DNA of 31,652 bases, taken from contig JAYQLI010000039.1 of NCBI GenBank assembly GCA_038143065.1, positions 1 through 31,652 of the forward strand, given 5' to 3'. Under the pieces are notes generated by a model. The model saw only the letters and a list, made by a program, of their open reading frames with translations, was not told the origin of the DNA and searched no databases. This document shows positions 10,803-22,592 of the stretch, piece by piece (the first letter of the stretch is position 1; the number at the start of each line of letters is the position of its first letter). Both the position numbers and the translations under genes were made by a program. The stretch is from Rhodospirillales bacterium. Its GTDB lineage: Bacteria > Pseudomonadota > Alphaproteobacteria > Bin95.

Positions 10803-11670
10803 ATGAAACTCATTACCTTCCGCCATAAAAGGCACTGTCAAAGCGGGTGTTCTAGCTGACAATGATCGCATCATTGTCAAAGATGAGGGCCCTGATGCGG
10901 CCAATGCCGTGCGACATCTTATTGAGAGTGAAATCGGGGTGACAAGTTGGCAAGGCGGCGCAGCCAGCCTTGATTTGTCCGAAGTAGAGTTATTGGCTCC
11001 GATACCCGATCCGCGCCGCAACATTTTTTTGTGTTGGTAAAAACTACTATGCGCATGCCAAAGAATTTAATGATTCTGGATTTGACTCATCCACCAAGGA
11101 AGAAGTGCCATCAGTACCGGTCATTTCACCAAGGCTACGACATCTGTCATTGGCCCAAATGCCCCTATTTTGTCGGCCATGGACCCGACTGATTCGGTCG
11201 ATTATGAATGTGAGCTGTGTTTTGTAATCAGTAAAAAAGCACATAAAGTGACCAAGGCGGACTGCTTTGATTATATTTTTGGTTACACCATTTTAAATGA
11301 CGTGACGGCGCGTTATCTTCAACAACGCCACAACCAGTGGTTTTTGGGAAAAAGCCTCGACAGCTTTGCCCCTATGGGCCCATCGATTGTCACTAGTGAT
11401 GAAATTGGCGACATCACCGCCTCGACGATTTCAACAACGGTAAATGGCGATGTTCGTCAACAGGCAAAAATTGCCGATCTGATCTTTGACATCCCAACTC
11501 TGATGGAAACTCTGACCGCGACGATGACGTTATTGCCTGGAGACATCATTGCGACTGGCACACCCGTTGGCGTTGGTCTTGGCTTTAAACCGCCAAAATT
11601 TTTAAAAACCGGCGACACAGTCAGTGTTGCAGTCGATAGCATCGGCACACTGACCAATCCTGTGCAATAA
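10803..11670 (+). CDS. Fumarylacetoacetate hydrolase family protein, frameshifted
   Basis: LLAPIP...NIFCVGKNY, VDYECEL, NDVTAR, GKSLD and TLLPGDIIATGTPVGVG motifs. Confidence 0.88.
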
Positions 11671-11859
11671 CGACCCGATATTAACCGCTTTGCATGCGAC
11701 GACGTGCTTGATTGCCAAGTTTGTTATAAAATTGGCAAGTATTGACTCTCGGCCTAAAGCTTCCCATACTTTTTCTTCCAGTTCCTGAACGATGCGCTTT
11801 GTTTTGGGGAAACCATGGATACGACAGAGAGAATTCTTGTGTCGAAAAGGAGAAAACCA

Positions 11860-12854
11860 ATGAAAAAACAGATTTTTGCCGCGATTGTTGCTGGGAGTGC
11901 GTTAATCGCCACGCTGAACACTGCACTCGCAAATGAAAAAATTAAGGTAACTCAGGCTGTAGCGAGTTTCGCTTTTTTGCCAATTGACTACGCAAAGGCA
12001 GCTGGATTTTTTCAGTTTGAGGGAATAGAGGTTCAACAAATCGCTACGCGCGGTGGCCAGATCTGACAGCACTTATTTCGGGTGATGTTCAGTTTAATGC
12101 AGCGGCTGGAACATACCAAATCGGCGCGATAGCCGCCGGTAGGGATATTGTTAACGTTTACAATTTTTACAACCGGAACCTCATTGGACTTGTTTTATCT
12201 GCCGATGCAGCAAAAAAATCAGGTGTTGGGGCAGATGCCCCCTTGAAAGACAGATTGGCGGCTCTAAAAGGTCTGAAGATTGGTATGACACGGCCGGGAT
12301 CTTTGACTGATAAACAAGTTCGGCACCTACTTAGACAGGGTGGGTTAACTGATGGTGATGCGCAAATCGTTGCGATTGGCGGCCCGCCAAATCTTTTGTC
12401 CGCGATGAAGCAGGGCGCAATCGACGCTTATGCTATATCTGTACCTCACTATCAAATAGCAGCTAAAAAGCTCGGTGGAGTAATATGGGTAGATAATACG
12501 CGAGGAGATGACCCATCTATCGATCCTTTCATGATGGAAAGTATTTTAACAACTGCCGAGTATGCAAAGAATAATCCCGAAACTGTAAAAAAGATGGTTA
12601 GGTCAATGGATAAAGCTGTGAACGATTTATCCAAAAAAAGTCGGAGGAAGTGATGGCGGTTGTAAAAGCGGTTTTCAAAAAAGTGCCTGATGACGTTATG
12701 CTTGAGGGCATCGCTGCAGTCCAGAAAGCCCTCAACACGAGCGGACGTGTTTCACAAAAGATGGCGGAAAACACGCTGTTGTTGGACGGCCGTGGAGACA
12801 AAGTCTCTCCCTGAACAACTCTTTGGAACTTTTACATCAGACTTTTTACCTTAG
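11860..12854 (+). CDS. ABC transporter substrate-binding protein (NitT/TauT family), frameshifted
   Basis: Signal peptide MKKQIFAAIV..., ALKGLKIGMTRPGS, AMKQGAIDA; RBS AGGAG upstream. Confidence 0.82.
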
Positions 12855-13704
12855 TTGTGGCGACGAAAAGCAATACAAAGGTCCGTCGCGGGAGAGGCTC
12901 ACGCTCCTCCGTGATGTACCGACCGCCATATCTATGGTTCAGGTCAATAAGACTTTTAAGTCTGATCGTGGCGAAGTAGTCGCTCTTAGTGACGTGAGTC
13001 TTGATATCAAACAAGGTGAATTCGTCACCATTGTTGGCCCATCAGGATGTGGCAAGTCAACTGTTCTTAATATAGTTGTGGGCCTATTTGAACCAACGTC
13101 GGGCAAAAAAATTTGCTTTGGGGAGGAGAGCAAAGGTATTAATCCAGACATTGGATACATTACTCAATCTGATAACCTGTTTCCGTGGCGCACTGTGATA
13201 GAGAATGTGATGTTTGGATTGCAGATGCGTGGTGCCGCAGACCCTGCGAGCCGAATGGAGATTGCGAGAAACTTAATCAGTATGGTTGGCCTAAGCGGTT
13301 TTGAGAATCATTATCGTCATGAGCTCTCCGGCGGTATGCGGCAGCGGGTCAACATAATTAGAACGCTCGCTTTTGAGCCTAAAATGATACTACTTGACGA
13401 GCCTTTCGGTCCACTTGACGCGCAAACACGCCTTAATCTTCAAGAGTTACTAGTAGATATTCGTAGCAAAAGGCCGCAGACAACTTTTTGTTTCATCACA
13501 CACGATTTATCTGAAGCAATAGCACTTGGTGACCGCGTTGTAGTGATGAGTGCTCGTCCCGGACGCATAAAAGACGATATTTTGGTCGACCTGCCAACTC
13601 CGAGAGATGTGTACTCGGTGACAACTCATCCGAGATTCAGAAAGATACATGACAAAGTATGGAGTCACTTGGCAGAAGAAATGCGAGATAGAAGTCATGA
13701 CTGA
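12823..13704 (+). CDS. ABC transporter ATP-binding protein (true start probably ~12900-12935)
   Basis: GPSGCGKST, LSGGMRQR, LLDEPFG and FITHD motifs. Confidence 0.9.
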   Translation: MELLHQTFYLSCGDEKQYKGPSRERLTLLRDVPTAISMVQVNKTFKSDRGEVVALSDVSLDIKQGEFVTIVGPSGCGKSTVLNIVVGLFEPTSGKKICFGEESKGINPDIGYITQSDNLFPWRTVIENVMFGLQMRGAADPASRMEIARNLISMVGLSGFENHYRHELSGGMRQRVNIIRTLAFEPKMILLDEPFGPLDAQTRLNLQELLVDIRSKRPQTTFCFITHDLSEAIALGDRVVVMSARPGRIKDDILVDLPTPRDVYSVTTHPRFRKIHDKVWSHLAEEMRDRSHD

Positions 13705-14459
13705 AAATACTCAGATTTTTCTGGCGCGTTTTAGTTGCAATCGGATTGCTGGGCAGCTGGGAGATTTCATCCGGCCTATTATTTGATAGTTTTTGGTTGT
13801 CTCAGCCGTCTGAAATAGCAGTTTATTTGAGAGAGGCGGCGCTTTCTGGTCAGTTATACTCCGATTTGTCAGCTACTTTCTCGGCGACTGCATACGGCTA
13901 TGTTTTAGGAGCGGTTCTTGGTCTGTTCTTTGGCCTCATACTCTCTCAGTCTGAGCGCATCGCATTAATTTTACGCCCCTTTATTATGGCCATATACGGC
14001 ATCCCACGAATAGCACTCGCGCCAATATTCATACTTTGGTTTGGAATAGCAATGACATCCAAAATAATGATGGCCGCAATGATGACGTTTATGTACGTAT
14101 TTTTTAATACCTACGAAGGCATCCGAGCTTCTGACCTTGAGCTAAAAAATGTTGCACGTGTTCTTGGAGCAAATCGTTTCCAACTTTTTTGGTATGTAAC
14201 ACTGCCTAATGCTTCTCCTTGGATAATTGCTGGGTTGCGGATTGCGATACCGCAGTCGCTAGTTGCAGCTGTTGTTGCTGAATTTATAGCCTCCACAGGA
14301 GGACTTGGATATAGGCTGATGGAGACAACCTCCAGTCTTGACACGCCGGGAACAATGGCAGGAATATTAAACCTCAAGGTAATAGTCATGGGATTAAACT
14401 CTGCCCTCGATAAAGGGGAAAATTATATTCTCAAATGGCGCCCAAAGGATGAAAAATGA
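13697..14459 (+). CDS. ABC transporter permease (NitT/TauT family)
   Basis: IPRIALAPIFILWFG, ARVLGA and VVAEF motifs; start codon overlaps the ATPase 3' end; one frameshift near 13720. Confidence 0.87.
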
Positions 14460-15006
14460 ACAGAGAAATTGATAGCGATATTATTGAGCCATCTATAGAC
14501 CCAGAAACAAAAAAAATAGGTGTCCGATCGGTAAAGGGGTTAATTTTGGCGGGACAAATACAGCGATTAAAATCCGTGACTTTGACGTTTTCTACACAGA
14601 CGAGCCGTCTTCACTGGGTGGCACTAACACGGCGCCAAGTCCATTGGAAACCACATTGGCAGCGCTCATTGGTTGTGATGGTGTAATTATCAATGGAGTG
14701 GCTAAAGCTATAAACTTTGAATACGCTGGAGTTGAATTGGAGTGTGAAAGTCAAATAGACATCAGAGGCCCAAAAGGTGTGCCGGGGATCAGGCCATATT
14801 TTGAATCTGCTAAAATGAAAATTACAGTTTACACTGACGAAAGTGAAGATAGATTCAAAACTCTCGAGAAAAACGTCGAATATAGGTGCCCTGTGATGAA
14901 TTTGTTTCGTGCAGCTGGTGTTGTTTTAGAAGTCGACTGGCAAAAGAGCCAGCTTCTCATTTCAGGCAAGCTCCAGAGTAATTTGTTTTTTTTAATCCGT
15001 TTTTGA
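14456..15006 (+). CDS. OsmC/Ohr family protein, frameshifted
   Basis: DEPSSLGGTNTAPSPLE...ALIGC and RCPVMN (two conserved Cys). Confidence 0.8.
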
Positions 15007-15025
15007 ACAAAGTTACCCACCACCG

Positions 15026-15278
15026 TCTCCACCAATCCCACAACCAAGGTCCGGCACGCAAGAGCCTAGTCCCGTTATTCCCCTCCACCCCCTCACAGAC
15101 ATCCAAATCTGAGGCAGAAACAGCTCCAGTAACCCCGGTCCGTGGTCCACGGTCCATGGAACTTGGTTCATGGGCAATTTAAACGTGGCAATGAACGCGG
15201 CAATAATTTAGAACGCAAAAAGCCACCTCAAAACTGAAGTGGCTAATTTATTGTAATAATTTGATATTTTTGGTTGCG
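15026..15278. repeat. Border element copy C (complete att-arm-like element)
   Basis: Colinear with 24903-25158: CCACCCCCT, TCCAAATCTGA, CAGTAA, six 7-mers, 47-bp identical block, terminator (15217-15244), IHF-consensus TAATAATTTGATA (15254-15266), core TGGTTGCG. Confidence 0.9.
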
Positions 15279-15600
15279 AACGCAAATGAGGCCGCTACGA
15301 TCAGCCTAGTGTGTACTGATACCAATCAGGCATCGTCTCAAGCGCAGCAAAACCCTCCGCAACAATGGTCCTGCCCCAATCACCACAGAACGATATGATC
15401 AACGGGATGCTGAAAAGTGCAACGAGCAGTTCACCTTTGAGGCTCTGTTGAAAGCCCTGTGTCATGATTTTCCCAGATTCATGCGTGGAAGCGACCTTCA
15501 TCACCTCCGGTTTGGCTTGCTAGCGCGTTTCTCAGCAACCTTCAGATCTGCCTTTAACTCCAGCCAGCCCCACGAGGCCCAAGAGCCCCGCCGCCGCCTG
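15275..15600 (-). pseudogene. Degenerate phage 3-TM holin-like gene
   Basis: GWLELKAD...EVMKVASTHES...KGELLVALFSIPLIISF...IVAEGFAALETMPDWYQYTLG(V)IVAASF; resembles, from memory, the WKDE..LFSIPL..GFAAL..MPDWYQY..VAASFGVR membrane protein of marine phages. Confidence 0.65.
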
Positions 15601-15659
15601 TACGCGTGTCGATATGTATCGCATGTTTAGAATCCCTACGTTCTGGTGGCGTCGGCTTG

Positions 15660-16998
15660 CTATGGAAACAAACGTTCGTCCCACGGATAGACTGACATCG
15701 TTTCGAAGCCATCATCCGTAATGACGCCCTGATCTTCCAGCTTGACCATGTGATCTCCGCCAACCTCGCCCACTAATGCCTCTACGCAAAGCGTCAGGCC
15801 AGGTTCAAGAATGGCGTCAAAGGCACCGTCCACCAGTCGGTCTGGATAGGCGATCAGGGGCCACTCGTCACACATGCCAACACCATGCATTGGAGATGAA
15901 TATTTGAGCGCATCATATTTGTCCTGAAGGACATGCAAAGACCGTGTCAGGTCTTCCATATGAAGGCCCGGTCTGCAGGAGTGCGGTGTTATAGCGGATG
16001 TGCTCTACCGCCTCGGCATAGCTTTCGCGCATATGAGACGGGGCCAGATCGTCACCGATCCACCACGTGCGGCTTAGGTCTGCACAGATACCATAAGAGC
16101 CGATCAGATCGGTGTCGAAAGCGAGAATTTCACCCTCTGAGATGACCCGCGGCCCGCATTCCTGAAACCATGGGTTGGTGCGCGGGCCGGAGGTGAGTAG
16201 CCTTGTTTCAATCCACTCGCCGCCACGCTTGATGTTCTCGGCATGGAGTACAGCCCAGACATCGTCTTCGGTCACGCCACCCTTAGGGATTTCGGTACGT
16301 GCAAAGTCTTCCATAACAGCCATGGCGCGCTCACAGGAATGGATGGCGCAACGCATGGCGCGTAGCTCATGCTCTGTCTTGATGCCCCGCGTGCGTTCGG
16401 TAACTTCCTCACCATCGCGGTACTTCAGCCCCGCGCGGCGGATCGCGTCCAGCCCCGCTGGCTGAATCTTGTCGATGCCGATCTGTAGATGGTCTGGTGC
16501 GTGACGGGAAAGCAGGTCTGCGACCTCGGCAGCAAAGGCATCGGCCGCCGGACCAATCCGGTCACCACGGGCAAAATAGAACATATCCGCACCAGAACGG
16601 CTTTCGCGCACCAGCGGATTGAATTCTGCAAGGAATGGCGCATTCTTGTAATCCCAAAGTATCATGTAGCCATCGGCACAAAGTAGGCAGGCCCGAAACG
16701 GGTTGTGGGTGTTCCACAACTGCATGTTCGTGGTGTCGGTCGCGTAGCGGATGTTCAGGGGATCAAACATCAAAAGGCCGCCATAGCCGCGCGCTACAAT
16801 AGCATCGGTCAGGCGTTTATGGCGGGCCTTGCGCATTTCGGCCAGGTCTGGCAGTTCCAAACCTGCCTCGCGCCATTCGGCATGGGCAAGGGCAGTTGGC
16901 CCAATCTCGACACGGTTGCCGTCATTCTCTGTTCCGTCGCCAAGGCGTGGGCCCTGGCTTGGGTCAATCTTGCGACTATCACTATAGTGAACGTTCAT
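15660..16998 (-). CDS. dddP: Dimethylsulfoniopropionate lyase DddP (M24 metallopeptidase fold), frameshift near 15960
   Basis: RKIDPS...EIGPT, FDPLNIRYATD..NMQLWN.HNPFRA, GGEWIETRLL.SGPRTNPWFQECG, FDTDLIG.YG, HGVG.CDEWP and KLED are characteristic of Roseobacter-type DddP. Confidence 0.88.
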
Positions 16999-17074
16999 TT
17001 GTTTTTCATCCCCGTGTACACAACACTACATTTCCATCATTATACCATTGATGGCCTATGTCCCTCACGCCAAA

Positions 17075-19525
17075 TTAGGAGCGCATATTGACGCCGTTGC
17101 CGTCGTAAATTGGTCCAGCCAAAACCTCTGCATCATAGAAGTTGCCCAGAATTTCAACTTGGAGAGTGGTTCCAGCGGCTGCGAATTCGGCGGCAACATA
17201 GCCCATCGCCATCGATTTGCCGACATGGTGCGCATAGCCACCCGAACTGACGTATCCAACCGGCACGCCGTCTTTCAGAATCGCCTCGTCATGGGCGACG
17301 TCTATGCCGTTAGTGTCAATAACCATTGTCACCAGTTTTTGTGAAACGCCCTCATTGAGCGCCTTTAACGTGGCTTCCTTACCGACGAAATCCTTCTTCC
17401 AGTTGATGAAGACATTCATCCCTGATTCGATAGCGTTGAAATCCGGGCGGTATTCCATCGTCCAGACACCCCAACCCTTTTCGAGCCTCATCGACAGCAG
17501 CGCACGCGCCCCATACCAGCGATAGCCCAGATCAGCGCCGGCCTCTTCAATGGCATCGGCAAGGCGCATCAAATATTGCGGCTTGCAGTAGATCTCATAA
17601 CCCAACTCGCCGGAGAAACTAATCCGGTTAAGAATTACCGGAACACCACCGACGAACGTCTGCCGCAAGTCACGGAACTTTAAGGCTTCGGTGGAAACAT
17701 CGTCGCGTGTGATCCGGGCCAGCAGCTCTCGCGATTTCGGGCCGGACAGTGCGATGCCGTGCCAGTCGTCCGAAACATTGGCATAGGCAACATCTGCGGG
17801 CAGGTCTTTTTCGAACCAGCGGCGGTGTGCCTCTTGCATGGCCCCTGACCCGAATAGCATGAAATGATCCTCAGCGAGGCAAGCCACCGTCAGATCGCCG
17901 TAAAGCTTGCCCTTTGGCGTCAGCATCGGTGTCAGTGCCAAGCGGCCCGGCTTGGGCACGTATCCTGCAAGAATGTGGTTGAGAAAATCGCGTGCCCCTG
18001 TGCCCTTGAATTCGTGTTTGGCAAAGTTAGCGATCTCTAATCCACCAACGGCTTCACGCACGGCCCTGATTTCCTCTGTGACATAGTTGTGAGAGCGGTT
18101 ACGCTCGAAGGTTGGCACTTCATGTGCATCTTCCGGTCCATCTGCAAACCAAAGCACATGTTCGAGGCCGAAACCCTGATCCATCACAGCACCCTTGGCG
18201 ATCATCCGATCATAGAGTGCGGTTGTCTTTTGCTTGCGTCCTTTGGGAAGAGTCTCGTTCGGGAAGGTCATCACAAACCGGCGTTCGTAGTTTTCCGACG
18301 ATTTGATTGTGCCCCAGTCAGGTGTTGCGAATTCACCAAAACGCGCCACGTCCATTGCCCAGACATCAATAGATGGTTCCCCATCGATCATCCACTCTGC
18401 AAGGGTTAGGCCCACGCCCCCGCCCTGACAAAAAGCCCGCCATGACGCCAACAGCCACCCAATAGTTCTTCATACCCGGAACAGGACCGATTAGCGGGTT
18501 GCCATCAGGGCCAAAAGTGAAGGGACCATTGATCACGTCCTTGATCCCGGCATTAACCATAGCCGGAAGCCGCTCGAATGCGGTCTCCAGACGATCTGCA
18601 ACACGATCCAGATCTGGCGGCAACAATTCATGACCGAAGTCCCACGGGGTGCCGCCGACTTTCCACGGGGTCGCTTTGGCTTCATAGGTGCCGAGCAACA
18701 TGCCTTGACCTTCCTGACGACAATACACGTTGGCCTCGAAATCAATGCCGTGTGGTAGCTGCTGCCCAAAGTTTGCGACTTCATCCATGGGTTCGGTGAT
18801 CAGATAATGGTGTTCCATCGGTTGAACGGGCAGGTGAATACCAGCCATTTGACCTACCTCACGGGCCCATAGACCTCCACAATTAACAACATGCTCTGCG
18901 TTGATCGAACCTTTCGGCGTCACAATATCCCAGCTGCCATCGGGGCGCTGCGTCATGGCAGTCGCGCCACAATGGGTAAAATATTGCGCACCATGCGCCT
19001 TGGCCGCCTTGGCAAACGCATAAGTCGTGCCGGAAGGGTCCAGATGGCCGTCCTGCGCATCCCACAGCACTGCATGATAGTGGTCTGGATCGATCAAAGG
19101 GTGACGCTCGGCCAATTCTTGGGGCGAAATGAATTCCTGGTCCAACCCCATGTAGCGCGCTTTTGATCGCTCACCCTTCAGGTAATCATACCATTCCTTG
19201 GTGGAGGCGGCATAAAAGCCACCGGTCTGATGCAGACCAACGGACTGGCCGGATAGCTCTTCAATCTCTTTGTAAAGATTGATTGTATAGGATTGCAGAC
19301 GTGAGATGTTTGGATCTGAACTAATGGTATGGATGCCACCGGCCGCATGCCATGAAGAACCGGATGTCAGTTCGTCCCGTTCCAGCAGCACAGCATCCTT
19401 CCAGCCAAACTTGGCCAGATGGAATAGGATTGAGCAGCCAACTACCCCCCTCCAACAACAACGACTTTTGCATGCGTTGGCAGTTTCTTGGTTCCTTTGG
19501 TCTCATCAATCTGTATCGTCGGCAT
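17075..19525 (-). CDS. GcvT-family FAD-dependent oxidoreductase (dimethylglycine/sarcosine dehydrogenase-like), frameshifted
   Basis: THAKVVVVGGG.VG, LLERDELTSGSSWHAAG, INGPFTFGPDGNP, RISFSGELGYE and MRLEKG; ~815 aa when joined. Confidence 0.88.
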
Positions 19526-19566
19526 TAGTGATCTCTCTTACTGTGGCATTTGGAGCTTTGTGAAGG

Positions 19567-21125
19567 TCAGAAGTCAGTGGGTGCGCCACCCTCGGCCTTC
19601 CGCTTGGCGACAAAGGCCTCAATTTCTTCCCGAATTGCAGGTTCCAGCGGCGGCGGCTCATAGGCGGCAAGGCGGCTTTTCCACTCAGCATTCGCGTTTT
19701 CGATTGCAATTGGCGATCCGCCTTCCTGCCAGGTTTCAAAATTGCGCCAGTCACTCAGGATCGGAGAATAGAAAGCATCGCGATATCGCGCCTGCGTGTG
19801 TTCGGTGCCAAAAAAATGACCCGCTGGTCCAACCTCATTGATGGTTTCCAGCGCCAAATCGTCCGGGCTGGTCGAAACCGGCTGAAGGAATTCGAAACCA
19901 TCTGCAGCAAATCAATATCCAGGATTGTTTTCTCATATGAGCAGCAAAGGCCTCCTTCGAGCCATCCCGCCCCATGCATAAGCATATTGGCACCACCATT
20001 GATAGCGCCCCACAGTGAGAATACCGCCTCATATGCCGCTTGCGAATCAACCGTATTGGCTGCGCATACGTTTGAAGAGCGATAGGGAATACCATAGCGC
20101 CGTGCCAGCTGCCCGCCGATATGCTGTGCCTTCATGTATTCTGGCGTGCCAAAAGCAGGCGAACCGGTTTTCATATCCACATTGGAGGTAAATCCACCAT
20201 ACATCACAGGCGTCCCAGGGCGCACCATCTGGGTGAGAGCTACACCAGCCAGGGCCTCAGCATTTTGTAACGTCACAGCGCCAGCAATCGTGATCGGAGC
20301 CATGGCTCCTGCCAGCGTGAATGGCGTGATAACGACAAGTTGACCCATCTCGGCCAGGGCCATAACCCCCTGCATCATCGGAATGTCCAGCTGCAGAGGA
20401 GAGTTCGTATTGATGATCGAGAACATGCAGGCCCGATCACGCATCTGATCATGTGTCAGACCATGGGCAATCCGCGTCATCTCAATCGCATCGGCTACAC
20501 GCTCTTCCCCAAGCGAGTAGATGCAATAGGCTTTGTCGGTCAGCGTGATGTAATCCTGAATGCAATCCAGATGGCGGATCGATGCATGAATATCCACGGG
20601 CTCCACGGGATACCCACCTGTGACGTGCAGGATGTTGTGCATCTGTGCCAATCTCAGAAAGTTGCGGTAGTCCTCTTGGTTGCCTACCCGGCGGCCCCGG
20701 TCAGTATCAGAGCAATTCGGTGCACTTGCCATCATATTAAAAACAATGTTGTTTCCACCCATAGTGACGTTGTGCTGAGCATTTCGGGCATGCAGCGTGA
20801 ATTCCGACGGCACAGTTGCAATGGTCTCAACGACCAGATCGGGATCAAAACGCACACGCGTCTCGCCTTCCCTGACATTGGCTCCCGCCTTTTTCATAAT
20901 ATCGCGGGCGCCCTCATGCAGCACGTCCAGACCTGTCTCAGACAGTAATTTCAAAGATGCCTGATGGATGTGCTCTACCTGATCATCCGAAATCAGCGCA
21001 ACAGAGGGGTAGGGGCGTTTCAGCTGCGTAAATGGACGTTGGGCAATAGTGGGGGCCGGTGTTGTCATCTCACGGCGTCGTCCACGGCGTCCGCGTTCCT
21101 GTTGTGCCAGTTGTTCAGTCGTCAT
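19567..21125 (-). CDS. mttB: Trimethylamine/glycine-betaine methyltransferase family protein (MttB/MtgB), frameshift near 19880
   Basis: IHQASLKLLSETG, IINTNSPL.LD, TPFTLAGAMAP, GGFTSNVDMKTGSPAFGTPE, HGAGWLEGG and VGPAGHFFG; no in-frame amber codon (non-pyrrolysine type). Confidence 0.88.
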
Positions 21126-21285
21126 CTGGAATTGCCTTCCTCACCAAGAATTTTATCTAACAGTTTGTGATGAGGTGTAGAGATTTAGGCAAATGAGTAA
21201 TAGGAACATCCATTTATTTTTGTAATGACCTGTCTGCAAGTTGAGATTAAAATGCATGTAACATTTGTTATACAATGAGGTGATT

Positions 21286-22162
21286 ATGTCCTCTAAAAAT
21301 TCTCCCAGCCTAACCTCGCTCCGAGCCTTTTCTGTTGCGGGCAATTGCCTGAGCGTTACAGGCGCCGCTCAACAACTTGGCGTGACCCAGAGTGCAGTTA
21401 GCCGACAAATCAAGGCGTTGGAGGACTCGCTGTAATTCAAATTATTCGACCGCATTGGAAATAGCATCAATCTGACGGCAGAAGGTCAGGCATTTCACCA
21501 AAAGGTCTTCACGATCTTTGGTCTTCTCGAGGATGCAACAAATGATGCAACCAATTCCTTCGCGCGGCAAAAGATTAATTTGTTGGCGCCTCCTACCTTG
21601 GCCGCCCGTTGGTTAACCCGGCGACTACGAGATTATCCTCAAAGTTTCGCAACCGTTGAACTGGCTGTTCACACTGAGCCATGGCCAAATATCCGAATGG
21701 ATTGTGTAATCCACTTCGGCAGGCACCCAAGCAAAGATTCAGAGAATGTTAAATTGTTCCTAGAACAGCATGTCGCTGTTTGTTCGCGCGATCTTTTTGA
21801 AAACCGCTGTGCCATGCGCGCAAGCTCCCGTTGCACGTTTTTGACAAGGGTGTCTTATTTCCCCTCTGGAAGGACTGGCTGACACTTGAGCCAGGCTACG
21901 CGGACCTGCCAACTGGACCATCAATGGAATTTTCTTCACTCGAACTTGCTATTCAAGCGGCTAAAAATTCTGTTGGTGTCGCTGTCGTAGATCGGAACAT
22001 GATCGAATATGAGCTGGAGGCAGGTAGTCTCGTCCAGATTTCTCCGACCACGGTTACAGGACCAAACGGATACTGGCTTGAGATATCAAAAGAACAGGGA
22101 CCAAGAAAAGCTCAGTCCAGTTTTTCCGCTGGCTAAAAATTGCTGCTGGCTCGGCAATTTAA
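21286..22162 (+). pseudogene. LysR-family regulator (GcvA-like), in-frame stop plus frameshifts
   Basis: PSLTSLRAFSVAG..LSVTGAAQQLGVTQSAVSRQIKALE HTH; TAA at codon 50 (21433-21435); PTLAARWL and FSSLELAIQAA; divergent from mttB. Confidence 0.78.
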
Positions 22163-22422
22163 AGCAGCTTCGCAAGACTATTCAGAATGCTGTTGCGCAG
22201 GCCAGTGGCAAGGTTATCAGGCAGGGCATCCAGAATGTGCTGCAATTCTTTGCCCGTGATGGCATCAATGCGTGCCCACAAAACATTGGTTCACCGGTCC
22301 GGGAAGAAACCTGTATTATGATCAGGCGCACCTAGAGGGATACTGGCGTTAACGTCAGTTTGGTTGCTCGACGGCTGGGCGTATCCCGCAACACGGTCTA
22401 TAAGCACGTACGCGATGCCTGA
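22141..22422 (+). pseudogene. C-terminal remnant of a sigma54-dependent activator (Fis-type HTH)
   Basis: WLGNLKQLRKTIQNA and GVNVSLVARRLGVSRNTVYKH in one frame with an internal stop. Confidence 0.6.
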
Positions 22423-22446
22423 AAATCAATAAAATGGCTCAGTGAA

Positions 22447-22590
22447 TCTGCCAACCCATCAAAGGACCGAGGTCCGCGAACCGCAGACCGTGCAGCCACA
22501 GCCCCCACCCCCTTCAATAAAGTCCAAATCTGATTGAGAAGCGCCCTCAGTAACCCCGGTCCGCAGTCCAAGGTACGCAGACAGCACAAC
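22447..22590. repeat. Border element copy B (left half only)
   Basis: TCTGCCAACC.ATCAA, CCCACCCCCTTCAA.AAAGTCCAAATCTGAT and CAGTAA.CCCGGTCCG match 24903-25020. Confidence 0.85.
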
Positions 22591-22592
22591 AG

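Noticed and set aside
14957-15157. Small ORFs across the border-element copies (also 22398-22589 and 24804-25010)
   Set aside because: Starts, stops and frames are not conserved between copies; conservation is in nucleotide boxes and a 7-nt period, not in codons.
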